Source: a virus (lineage: Duplodnaviria > Caudoviricetes). Taken from it: a stretch of DNA of 55,383 bases. This document shows, piece by piece, positions 17,579 through 26,706 of the stretch (within the stretch, counting starts at the first letter, position 1; every line of letters starts with the position of its first letter). The notes beneath the pieces were generated by a model. The model was not told where the DNA came from and did not search any database. It was given only the letters and a program-made list of their open reading frames with translations. Made by a program: the position numbers and the translations under genes. The stretch lies in the IMG/VR virus record IMGVR_UViG_3300042923_000371, positions 1 to 55,383 of that record. One strand, 5' to 3'.

Positions 17579-17812
17579 TTGAACGATTTCGAAGAAAAAT
17601 TAGCTGAATATGCACATAATCAGTGGAGCGGTTGGATGGAATACTTATTTAATAAGTCTACCAAAAATGACGATGGAACAGTTACTATTCCTAAATGGGC
17701 GGTAGATAGATGGGAAAGACAAATAAATACGGACTATGAACATCTAAACGAAGAAGAAAAAGAATCAGACAGAAAAGAAGCACAAGGAATGATTAAGATA
17801 ATGAACAACTAA
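17579..17812 (+). CDS. RyR-domain-like small protein
   Basis: LAEYAHNQW...YEHLNEEEKESDR resembles the RyR repeat; probable TTG at 17579. Confidence 0.5.
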   Translation: MNDFEEKLAEYAHNQWSGWMEYLFNKSTKNDDGTVTIPKWAVDRWERQINTDYEHLNEEEKESDRKEAQGMIKIMNN

Positions 17813-17833
17813 ACACTTTAATAGTGTTTTTTT
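17811..17833 (+). terminator. Rho-independent terminator
   Basis: AAACACT/AGTGTTT plus T-run. Confidence 0.55.
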
Positions 17834-17857
17834 ATTACTCATTTTAGGAGTGATTAC

Positions 17858-18151
17858 ATGGATAAATGTTGTTACTGTGATACCGAATACAAGATTATTC
17901 ATAACAACAGAGATTACACTTTAGTAAATCTTAAAGGAAATTATGAAAATCATGGTCATTTTTGTAAAGAAAGTAGCTGTCATTTACTGATAAGACTTAT
18001 GCGAAAACAAATAGTGCCGAAATCAAGGTATTTACAGAACGCAGTATTAAGGATAAGCACAGACGAAAAGTATAAGCAGAAAGTATTGAATAAACAAGAG
18101 AAATTGAAAAACAAGCAACAATATATGAATGTTAATAATGGATTCAGGTGA
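17858..18151 (+). CDS. Hypothetical protein
   Basis: AGGAG RBS. Confidence 0.65.
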   Translation: MDKCCYCDTEYKIIHNNRDYTLVNLKGNYENHGHFCKESSCHLLIRLMRKQIVPKSRYLQNAVLRISTDEKYKQKVLNKQEKLKNKQQYMNVNNGFR

Positions 18152-18160
18152 GGTGATTAA

Positions 18161-18490
18161 ATGGAATTATACGGTTCAGATTTAAAAAATATAAGCATGA
18201 CTAGAGGTGACAGCGAGAGTTTAACTGTAAAAGGCTTATCTTTAGTCAATGGCGATGCTATATACATGACTGTACGAACAAACGTAAATACAGCAAGAAA
18301 AGAATTATTCAAGGAAATAACTGAATTTGTAAACGGTGAAGCAGTAATTGGAATAACACCAGAAGATACTAACAATTTAAGATTTTCAACATATGTGTAC
18401 GACATTCAATTAACTAGAGCAGACGGAACAGTAACCACAATCATAAAACCTCATGAGTTTAAAGTGGAAGGAGAGGTTACTTATGATTAA
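18161..18490 (+). CDS. BppU-N-like (Ig-like) structural adaptor protein
   Basis: MTRGDS...ITPEDT...YVYDIQL...TTII pattern. Confidence 0.65.
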   Translation: MELYGSDLKNISMTRGDSESLTVKGLSLVNGDAIYMTVRTNVNTARKELFKEITEFVNGEAVIGITPEDTNNLRFSTYVYDIQLTRADGTVTTIIKPHEFKVEGEVTYD

Positions 18491-18908
18491 TATCGAATGT
18501 GTTATTGGTGCTGATGGTGTTATTAATGCTTCAATAAGTAAAGACTTAGTTATCAATGTTGATGTAATAAGTTCTGGTCCACAAGGTAAGACAGGTCCGA
18601 AAGGTGACAGAGGAATAACAGGGCTAACAGGACCATTAGGACCGCAAGGAATTCAAGGGAATCAAGGTTCACAGGGTGAACAGGGAATACAAGGCATACA
18701 AGGTGAAACAGGTATACAGGGTATTCAAGGCATTCAAGGACTTAAAGGCGATAAAGGTGACAGAGGAACCGACGGAGTAATAACAGAAATAAGCGGTCAA
18801 TATGCTTTTCAAATAATAGACGGTGATTTATATGTTTTATATCCTGATGATGCGACAGCACCTGATTATAGTATAAATGAAGACGGATATTTAGTATTAG
18901 CATTGTAA
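18483..18908 (+). CDS. Collagen-like (GXY) fibre protein
   Basis: About 20 GXY triplets, FQIIDGDL; probable ATG at 18483 after GGAGAGG. Confidence 0.8.
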   Translation: MINIECVIGADGVINASISKDLVINVDVISSGPQGKTGPKGDRGITGLTGPLGPQGIQGNQGSQGEQGIQGIQGETGIQGIQGIQGLKGDKGDRGTDGVITEISGQYAFQIIDGDLYVLYPDDATAPDYSINEDGYLVLAL

Positions 18909-18912
18909 AGGA

Positions 18913-20877
18913 GTGATGAAATTGGCACAAATAATTTTAGGTAAAGTAGTGGGCGAACAAGGACCACAGGGAATACAAGGACCGCAAGGCGAACAAGGAC
19001 CACAAGGGGAACAAGGCATACAAGGAGAGCAAGGCATTCAAGGAATACAGGGTATTCATGGTGAACAAGGACCGCAAGGACCACAAGGCGAGCCTTCAAG
19101 TGTAAATAATATAGATGCAGTAGACGGAAATATAACTTTAAATTCTGAAGATGTACCGTATGACAAAACAGAAAGCGAAATGACTGCCACAAATGTTAAA
19201 GATGCTATTGATGAACTTAAGGAATTAAACAATACTTTAAATGCACAACTATTTAAAACTGCTTATGTTATTAACGTTTTAAATGAAGGCGCAAATGGGG
19301 ATGACTTTACTGACGATACCATCCCGATAAATGCTGCTATCTCTAAAGCTGTTACATATAAAGCCGAAGGGCATAAGGTGACACTATATTTTCCACCATC
19401 AAAAGGGTATAAAACGACTAGCACTATCACAGTTGAAACAGGTATTAATGTAATAATGGACGCTCCAATAATTTATTATGGTACAGCCAACGAACCAGCA
19501 CTGATTATTGGTGAAACTGGCACAGCAAATTTAATTGTAAAATTAAAACTTGATGTAAAAAGAAACACAAAATCAGATTGGACGTCAGAGGATTGCATTG
19601 GTATACGGTTAATAAACTGTAATACATGCAAAATAGAAATTGTTGAAGCACTGTACTTTACGAAAGGTATTGAATGCATAGGTTCTTCGGGAGGATTTGC
19701 TTATAACGAAATATATCCTCGGTTATTAATTGGCAATAAATATAATCTCGACCTTACTAACGAGAATTCTGGAAGTGGAGTAGGTTGGTGTAACGAAAAC
19801 AATTTTTTTGGTGGTCGTTATGGAACGGAAAGCGGTTTAAATGTTGGTGTGTCTCGCTATGGTGTACGCATCACTTCTAAAGATGGCACATATAAAGGAA
19901 ATAACAATAATGTATTCCATAAACCTAGTTTTGAGATGGGAGCCTCAGTTTCAAACCCTAATGAATCTATTCCAGTTTTAATCGAACATGGTAATCAAAA
20001 TAAATTTTATGATTTTAGAAACGAAGGCAACTCTCAAATAGTTGCAAGAATTAGTAATGATTCAACTGAAAATGTATTATCTGCTGGGTATGGGTTGAAT
20101 AATGTGGAAGATTTAAGTAATTACCCAACCACAAGGGCAATTTCAACCAGAGAAGAGTATAAAGATGGGGCAAATAATTGCATATTTATATCAGGTTCTT
20201 TGCACAAAAAAGCTTGTTTTTCAAATGGAGCAACCTCTGTAAATATTCCCAATGTACACATAGCATCTTCATCAGCGGCTTTGGCATATAGTTCTCTTAC
20301 AAATATAACCCTAAACGCAGACTATCTTGAATTACCTTCAACTAGAGGAGTAGGTATATTTGTAAAAACACAGCGTTGTAAGCGTTTTGTCATACGCAAA
20401 GATGTTGAGTTAAGTAACGGTGGACGTATTGCAATACGATGTTATGACTCCGCCGGAAATGTATTAACTAATGCGGGAAGTGGACATCCTTATATCAAGG
20501 GGGCAACAGGTCAAACTTTTAATTACACTACAAGTTTTGGCGGTGTTTATTCTACCATTGGAGACAGCGAAATAGATACATATTTCGTAGTTGGTAACGA
20601 TGTGGATAGTATAGCGATAGAATTAATAGGAGGTACACAACCACTTAGAATTAGAAGTTTTTCTATATTTGCGATAGATACAAAAAGTGCTGCTACATGG
20701 GTGGGATATGAGGAAATAATAGCAGGGGTTAATACAGGAACAGCTGCACCGACAGCAGGCACATGGGGAGTAGGAAGGCGGGTTATTAATTCAAGCCCTA
20801 CGGTTGGGCAACCTAAAGCATGGATATGTACCGTGGCAGGAACACCTGGAACGTGGGTTAGCGAAGGTAATTTATAG
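18913..20877 (+). CDS. Tail spike / receptor-binding protein: collagen stalk + beta-helix (pectin-lyase-like) domain
   Basis: GPQGEQ repeats, [24 protein letters not shown] spike motif, C-terminal APTAGTW...[12 protein letters not shown]. Confidence 0.8.
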   Translation: MMKLAQIILGKVVGEQGPQGIQGPQGEQGPQGEQGIQGEQGIQGIQGIHGEQGPQGPQGEPSSVNNIDAVDGNITLNSEDVPYDKTESEMTATNVKDAIDELKELNNTLNAQLFKTAYVINVLNEGANGDDFTDDTIPINAAISKAVTYKAEGHKVTLYFPPSKGYKTTSTITVETGINVIMDAPIIYYGTANEPALIIGETGTANLIVKLKLDVKRNTKSDWTSEDCIGIRLINCNTCKIEIVEALYFTKGIECIGSSGGFAYNEIYPRLLIGNKYNLDLTNENSGSGVGWCNENNFFGGRYGTESGLNVGVSRYGVRITSKDGTYKGNNNNVFHKPSFEMGASVSNPNESIPVLIEHGNQNKFYDFRNEGNSQIVARISNDSTENVLSAGYGLNNVEDLSNYPTTRAISTREEYKDGANNCIFISGSLHKKACFSNGATSVNIPNVHIASSSAALAYSSLTNITLNADYLELPSTRGVGIFVKTQRCKRFVIRKDVELSNGGRIAIRCYDSAGNVLTNAGSGHPYIKGATGQTFNYTTSFGGVYSTIGDSEIDTYFVVGNDVDSIAIELIGGTQPLRIRSFSIFAIDTKSAATWVGYEEIIAGVNTGTAAPTAGTWGVGRRVINSSPTVGQPKAWICTVAGTPGTWVSEGNL

Positions 20878-20979
20878 CATATAAGAAAAATAATAATGAA
20901 TTAAGTTTAGGTAATAAAAGAATAATCGGGGAGTCTAGCACTTCCCTTTTTAACGCTTAAAAATAAAAGGAGGAATAAT

Positions 20980-21243
20980 TTGAACGATTATATTTTCATA
21001 ATTGCGATGTTGTTTGTAATTTACGCTTTAACAGTAATAAGCTTAACATCATCAATGAATAAAAAAGACAAGCAACACGCAGAAGAGAGAAAACAATGGA
21101 CAGAAGAGAGACAAGATTTGCTTAACAGATTAATGGCAAAGAATACAACAGAATACATTCAGATTAAAAAACAAGACAAGCCGACAGTGATAACAGACGG
21201 TGAAATTCTTGGTGACGATTACTATAACGGAATACTTAACTAA
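20980..21243 (+). CDS. Small membrane-anchored coiled-coil protein
   Basis: AGGAGG RBS; N-terminal TM helix. Confidence 0.65.
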   Translation: MNDYIFIIAMLFVIYALTVISLTSSMNKKDKQHAEERKQWTEERQDLLNRLMAKNTTEYIQIKKQDKPTVITDGEILGDDYYNGILN

Positions 21244-21292
21244 GAGAGTGAATAACTCTCTTTTATTTTGTAAAGAAAGGCGGTGATAATTA

Positions 21293-23335
21293 ATGCAATA
21301 CAGCCAAATGTTTAATGATGTTTATTCCAAAGTAACTACTCCGACAGGCTTTGCAGAAGGTTTAGCTTTTAAACACTATAACGAAAGAAAAGAACAAAGA
21401 AAATTCAAGCGTAAACTAATAAATGACAATGAAAAGATAGCATATATCAAACAAGAATACGAAAGACGAAGATTAGAACGTTTGTATTTTGAGTTGAAAT
21501 GGCAGCTTAATATGGCATTTATCGAAGGCGAACAGTATCAATATATCTCTAATGTTACTAACGACCTAGTTGAATTTCCTAAGTTGCTAAAAGCACAGGA
21601 AAGAGAAGCATATAACCATATATTGCCGATATGGACTACAAGACTTGCTAAGTTATCAAGACTTAATTTAGTCTTTAAAGCAAGACCAGCAACCAACGAT
21701 ACTGATGACGTGCATAATGCTTATATCACTACAAGGCTATTAGAGAATTGGAATACAAACAATGAGTTAAACGAAGCACAGAATAACGCTAATGCATGGA
21801 TGGAAACAACAGGCACAGCAATATGGAAAACAATATGGAATCCTAGTAAGGGTAAAAAGCTAGGAATGTCACAAGACGGTACATATATCAAAGAAGGTGA
21901 CGTTGAAAATGTTATATGTTCACCATTCGAGATATTCCCTGATTCAAGCTATAACAGTGATGTTAAGTTCTGCAAGAACATTATTCATGCTAGAGCAGTA
22001 GACATTGATTACGTTTATGACAATTTTGATGTTGATTTACCGGGAGAAAAGCTTAATGTATTTGCTAGTGGAATGAACCTAATGCATAACATGAGTAATC
22101 AACTTAAAGGTAATGACACTAAGAAAAAAGATGATGTTATTTTACTGTATGAGTTTTACGAAGTACCGACAAAGGACTATCCTAACGGAAGATTGATTAT
22201 TTGCTGTGACAATTACGATAAGCTGTTATACGAAGGTGAATTGCCATATATAAACGCAGAATACAACAACAGGGAATTACCTTTCAGACTTCAACGTTCA
22301 ATTATTCGACCTGGATATTTTTGGGGAAAGACAGTAATTGACAGCTTGATACCTGTTCAGCGTAGATATAACGCAATTAAAAATCGTATGACAGAGTATT
22401 TAAAGACCGTTGCAGTAGGTATAACAGTAGTTGACGAAGCAACAGCAGAGAAAAACAACCTTGAAACCGAAGAAATTGCACCTGGTGACATGATTATATA
22501 TAACCCAAGTGAAGGAACGCAAGTTCCAACATTCATGCAGACACCACCATTGCCGAATGAGTTCTTTAACCAAGAGAACGCAGATATGGCTAACTTTACT
22601 AAAATGAGTGGTACAAGTGAAATATCAAGGGATAGTTCAGCACCAAGCGGAATTGAAAGCGGTAAAGCACTTACCATACTAAACGAGCAAGACGAAACAA
22701 GACTATCATTAACAGCAAGGCAAATACAAGATTGTATGTTAGCAGTAGCAAAACAGACCATGTATTTGTACAAGCAATTTGCTAGCAATGAAAGAGTTTT
22801 GAGAATAGTTGGTAAAGGTGATGCAGTAAAAACAGAAAGTTGGGATAAGAACACTCTAACAGCAGAGGACATTATCATTGAAGGTGTTGCAAGAATAGGC
22901 GAAACCTTAACACAAAAACGTAACATGATAATTGAATTATTAGGATTGGGATTGTTTAGAGATTCTAACGGAATGATAGACGATTCAGCTATTCTTGAAA
23001 AATTAGAGTTTGGCGATACAGACGTAGGACTTGACAACAAGAGATTAGAGAAAATCAAGTCTAACGAACAGAATATCAAAATGAGTACAGGACAGCCACA
23101 AAGAGTTGATTTCTTTGAGTTGCACCCAGTAGCAGTAGATACACATACAGAATATATGTTATCGGCTGAATATGAACAATTGCCAGACGAAATTAAAATG
23201 ATATTCCAACAACATTTAGTAGAACATTTAAATTTTATTCAACAGCAAGCAATGCAACAGCAAGCACAACAAATGCAAGCACAACAGCCAAAAGGCAGAA
23301 AACAAGTAGATATAAACGAAGGGAGTAATATTTAG
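21293..23335 (+). CDS. Portal protein (P22-like)
   Basis: 680 aa; SPFEIFPD, FWGKTVIDSLIPVQRRYN, SGKAL; Gln-rich C-terminal barrel; upstream of scaffold and capsid. Confidence 0.85.
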   Translation: MQYSQMFNDVYSKVTTPTGFAEGLAFKHYNERKEQRKFKRKLINDNEKIAYIKQEYERRRLERLYFELKWQLNMAFIEGEQYQYISNVTNDLVEFPKLLKAQEREAYNHILPIWTTRLAKLSRLNLVFKARPATNDTDDVHNAYITTRLLENWNTNNELNEAQNNANAWMETTGTAIWKTIWNPSKGKKLGMSQDGTYIKEGDVENVICSPFEIFPDSSYNSDVKFCKNIIHARAVDIDYVYDNFDVDLPGEKLNVFASGMNLMHNMSNQLKGNDTKKKDDVILLYEFYEVPTKDYPNGRLIICCDNYDKLLYEGELPYINAEYNNRELPFRLQRSIIRPGYFWGKTVIDSLIPVQRRYNAIKNRMTEYLKTVAVGITVVDEATAEKNNLETEEIAPGDMIIYNPSEGTQVPTFMQTPPLPNEFFNQENADMANFTKMSGTSEISRDSSAPSGIESGKALTILNEQDETRLSLTARQIQDCMLAVAKQTMYLYKQFASNERVLRIVGKGDAVKTESWDKNTLTAEDIIIEGVARIGETLTQKRNMIIELLGLGLFRDSNGMIDDSAILEKLEFGDTDVGLDNKRLEKIKSNEQNIKMSTGQPQRVDFFELHPVAVDTHTEYMLSAEYEQLPDEIKMIFQQHLVEHLNFIQQQAMQQQAQQMQAQQPKGRKQVDINEGSNI

Positions 23336-23625
23336 TGAAATATAGAAAAAAACCAGTAGTAATCGAAGCAGTACAATGGAACGGCAATGACCATAGAGAA
23401 ATGTATAATTTTCTTACTGGTGACGTAGATGGATACATACAACCAAGTGGTAGCAATTTCTACATTGACCATAATAAAGTTAAAGGTGGGTTAATTATAA
23501 AAACTTTAGAAGGTGAGCATATAGCAAGCATAGGAGATTACATTATAAAAGGTGTAAACGGAGAGTTTTATCCATGTAAGCCTGACATATTCGAGAAAAC
23601 ATATGAAATAGCGGAAGGAGAGTAA
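23335..23625 (+). CDS. Conserved phage protein, KKPV...YPCKPDIF family (candidate nucleotide-signal sponge)
   Basis: MKYRKKPVVIEAVQW...TLEG...GDYIIKGVNGEFYPCKPDIFEKTY. Confidence 0.75.
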   Translation: MKYRKKPVVIEAVQWNGNDHREMYNFLTGDVDGYIQPSGSNFYIDHNKVKGGLIIKTLEGEHIASIGDYIIKGVNGEFYPCKPDIFEKTYEIAEGE

Positions 23626-23631
23626 TATATA

Positions 23632-24426
23632 ATGAGTAAATTTTTACAAGGACTAAAATTGCAGTTGTTTGCAGACGGTGGAGGAGAGCCAACACCTCAA
23701 CCAACACCAACACCACAACCGCAAGCACAGCCAATACAACAGCAACCACAGGTTGATATAAATGAATTAGTATCTAATATATCGAATAGGATAAATGATA
23801 CGTTAAATCAAAGATTATCACCTATTGAACAAAGAATGAATCAGCCGACAGCAGAACAGCTAGAAGCACAGAATGAACAAATAAGACAACAGTTTGAAAG
23901 CAATCCTTTAGAGTTTGTTAAGAGTATTCAGCAACAAGCCAAGGAACAGGCTTTAAACGAATTTAAAACACAGTATGACCCTATGATTAAGCAAACACAG
24001 ATGTTAAACAGTAAACTAACATGGCAAGACCAGATAAGGCAGTTTACATCGTCTAACCCAGAAGCTGCGAAGAGTATGCCACAGATTACAGAAACACTAA
24101 GAAACAATCCTGAATTATTAGGAACAAAAGACCCTTTAGGAAATGCTTATAAATTAGCAATAGCAAATAACCTAATGGGAAACGGTGATGTTGTACAAGG
24201 TGTTTTAGGTAATGAGGAATACAGACAACAGATAATGCAAAACCCAGAATTAAAGCAAGCAATAATTAATGAGTATCAGCAAGGTTTAAATAGCGGTCAG
24301 CAAGGTTTACCGCCAATAATGGGTAACACACAAGGCGGAAGTATTCCTGCAAGTGGCGGAGAGTTACCAAAGAATTTAAAAGAAGCTAGAATGGCAGCAA
24401 TGCGAAGATTTCAACAACAACAATAA
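23632..24426 (+). CDS. Capsid scaffolding protein
   Basis: Between portal and capsid; Q/P-rich and helical; N-terminal LKLQLFA motif. Confidence 0.8.
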   Translation: MSKFLQGLKLQLFADGGGEPTPQPTPTPQPQAQPIQQQPQVDINELVSNISNRINDTLNQRLSPIEQRMNQPTAEQLEAQNEQIRQQFESNPLEFVKSIQQQAKEQALNEFKTQYDPMIKQTQMLNSKLTWQDQIRQFTSSNPEAAKSMPQITETLRNNPELLGTKDPLGNAYKLAIANNLMGNGDVVQGVLGNEEYRQQIMQNPELKQAIINEYQQGLNSGQQGLPPIMGNTQGGSIPASGGELPKNLKEARMAAMRRFQQQQ

Positions 24427-24437
24427 GTCATAGTTAT

Positions 24438-24460
24438 CAACACCTAAAGGGTGTTTTTTT
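24438..24460 (+). terminator. Rho-independent terminator
   Basis: AACACC/GGTGTT plus T-run. Confidence 0.6.
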
Positions 24461-24554
24461 ATTGTCTTTTGTTAATAGACAATGTAAACAGAACAGGCTT
24501 AACTCACCAACGAGTAAACTAAAAAAATTATAAAACATAAAGGAGAAAAAGAAC

Positions 24555-25730
24555 ATGGCAGTAACATTAGCATACTTAAACGAGGTTTTACAGAAAGATT
24601 ATTTACCGGGATTTAAAGCACAACTTAACGAGGAGTTATCATATTTCTACAAACTAATGGAAAAGAACACTGACCCTGCATTGGGAGCAGATTCAACTTT
24701 CTTAGTAACTTTTGGTAGAAATGGCGGAATTGGTAACAGAGCAGAGGATGGAAACGTGCCTGATGCTAAGTCAGCAGGAAGAAAGCAAATCAGCGTATCA
24801 CCTAAAAACTTTTACGCTAGAATTGCACTTTCTGACAGATTAATAAAATCAGGCAAGACAGGTGCAGCATTTGTAAACGCACTTGACCTTGAAATGGAAG
24901 AATGCTTTAGAGATTCTAAAGATTCTTTGAACAGACAGTTGTTTGGTGATGGTACAGGAACATTGACAACAGTTAAAACAGCAGTTGCAGTTGCTGACGA
25001 TGAAGTTGTTGTAAACAATGCTAAATTCCTATATCCGAACATGGTAGTTGACGTTATCGCAATAGCTGACGGTACAGTAACAAAATCAGGCTTAGTTATT
25101 AAGAACGTTGACAAAACAACAGGAACAGTTACTTTCACAGCTACTACAACAGCAGCAGAAGGCGACAGAATTGTTACAAGTGGTTCTTACAACCTAGAAA
25201 TTACAGGTTTGAAGAAGATAATGACAGTTGACAACACTATTTACGGTGTTGACAGAAGTGCTAATAAATGGTTTAACCCTGGAACATTAACAGCATCTTC
25301 AACAGTATTACTTGATGATGACTTAATGGAAAAGGCTATTCAGACCGTTGACCTTGAAAGTGGAAAACAACCTGAAATTATCCTAGCTGGATATTTAGCA
25401 CAAAGAGTATTAAAGAACTATCTTGCACAGTACCAAAGATACACAACTATTGATACAAGATACGATGCTGGACATTCAACAATGTCTTATGACGGTATTC
25501 CGGTTGAAAGAGATAAATACCAAGATGACGATGTTATGGACTTCTTGAACATTCAAGACACATTCACAATGTTGTCAATCGGTGAGTTATTCGATTGGAT
25601 GGACTTAGACGGTGCAGTATTAAAGGCAGTAAGCGGAAAAGCACAGTATGAAGCTATTTTAACATCATACGCAGAAGTAATGTGTAAACAACCTAACGCT
25701 AACGTTAGAATTAGCGGAATAGAAGCATAG
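24555..25730 (+). CDS. Major capsid protein
   Basis: 391 aa; AAGGAG RBS; LNRQLFGDGTG, YDGIPVERD, CKQPNA. Confidence 0.85.
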   Translation: MAVTLAYLNEVLQKDYLPGFKAQLNEELSYFYKLMEKNTDPALGADSTFLVTFGRNGGIGNRAEDGNVPDAKSAGRKQISVSPKNFYARIALSDRLIKSGKTGAAFVNALDLEMEECFRDSKDSLNRQLFGDGTGTLTTVKTAVAVADDEVVVNNAKFLYPNMVVDVIAIADGTVTKSGLVIKNVDKTTGTVTFTATTTAAEGDRIVTSGSYNLEITGLKKIMTVDNTIYGVDRSANKWFNPGTLTASSTVLLDDDLMEKAIQTVDLESGKQPEIILAGYLAQRVLKNYLAQYQRYTTIDTRYDAGHSTMSYDGIPVERDKYQDDDVMDFLNIQDTFTMLSIGELFDWMDLDGAVLKAVSGKAQYEAILTSYAEVMCKQPNANVRISGIEA

Positions 25731-25744
25731 TAGGAGAGGACTAA

Positions 25745-26152
25745 ATGAGGAAAGAATTATTAATCAGTCGCTTTCAAAAGTTAGGATATAAACTCATAAC
25801 GAGCGATTCTTACAATATTGCTAAACGAATTGAAAAGTATGATAGTGATTTGGTTCTTTTCTTCAATCCTGCAAGAAAAAGGTATGAGATTCATTCTTGT
25901 ACCTTTTTTCCTTCTAGTAGACCTACATACGTTTGTGGAAGTCCTTATTTAGATGCTGAACTTATACTTTACATGAAGAGAGCAGACAACAGGACAGAGT
26001 TTGGCTTTAGGGAAAAAATGGACTTGCTGGATAGAGAAGAACGACAAAGAGAGATAGAGAAGAGCAAGAAAGAACAGGACATACGAGATAATGTAATTTC
26101 TAGTATAAAGAAAGAAGATAAAGGAGTACGACACTTCTATATGGGAGGTTAA
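25745..26152 (+). CDS. Hypothetical virion-module protein
   Basis: RBS GGAGAGG; follows the capsid gene. Confidence 0.65.
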   Translation: MRKELLISRFQKLGYKLITSDSYNIAKRIEKYDSDLVLFFNPARKRYEIHSCTFFPSSRPTYVCGSPYLDAELILYMKRADNRTEFGFREKMDLLDREERQREIEKSKKEQDIRDNVISSIKKEDKGVRHFYMGG

Positions 26153-26156
26153 ATGT

Positions 26157-26702
26157 ATGACCGTACAAGAAATTTATGATTACGCTTTACTATTAAGCGG
26201 TTTTGATGAAATACCAACCGATTATGTTTACTTATATATCAATGAATGTATGAACGACTTAGCTGAAAGATTTGATTCAGCAGGGAAAAAAGAAACAACT
26301 TATCTATACGGTATAGATGAAGATTGGACGGACCTACCAAGTGGGTGTTTAGCAGTTAAAAGAGTGTTTAAAGACAATACACCATATAGTGAGTTTGTTG
26401 TCGAGAACGGACAGATTAAATTTGACGAATCAGGCGAATACAAAGCAGAAATTTTAACATCACCTAGTAGAGTAACAGCATTAACAAACACACCTGAAAT
26501 TAATCAATTATTTCATGATGCTATTGCGTATTATGTTGCTTACAAAGAATCAACAAGAATATTTATGCACGAAGATTTGACACAGGGAAACAACAAAATA
26601 TTACTATTTACAGAGTATAACCGTAGAGCAGAACAAGCCAATAACAAGATTAGAGGAATGAAACGGTCAAGAAGTAGAATGAGATATCCAGACTTCATGT
26701 AA
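26157..26702 (+). CDS. Head-tail adaptor (podovirus type)
   Basis: MTVQEI...YINE..DL...PEINQLFHDAIAYYVA pattern. Confidence 0.7.
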   Translation: MTVQEIYDYALLLSGFDEIPTDYVYLYINECMNDLAERFDSAGKKETTYLYGIDEDWTDLPSGCLAVKRVFKDNTPYSEFVVENGQIKFDESGEYKAEILTSPSRVTALTNTPEINQLFHDAIAYYVAYKESTRIFMHEDLTQGNNKILLFTEYNRRAEQANNKIRGMKRSRSRMRYPDFM

Positions 26703-26706
26703 GGAA

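Noticed and set aside
18577-19092. Tandem DNA repeats as regulatory or DGR elements
   Set aside because: Explained by collagen GXY coding; no reverse transcriptase or TR/VR pair was seen in the genome.
22357-23079. 240-aa minus-strand ORF and the many other antisense ORFs (e.g. 296..706, 31811..32221, 53153..53518)
   Set aside because: Shadows of well-supported genes on the opposite strand, with no RBS or recognisable motifs.
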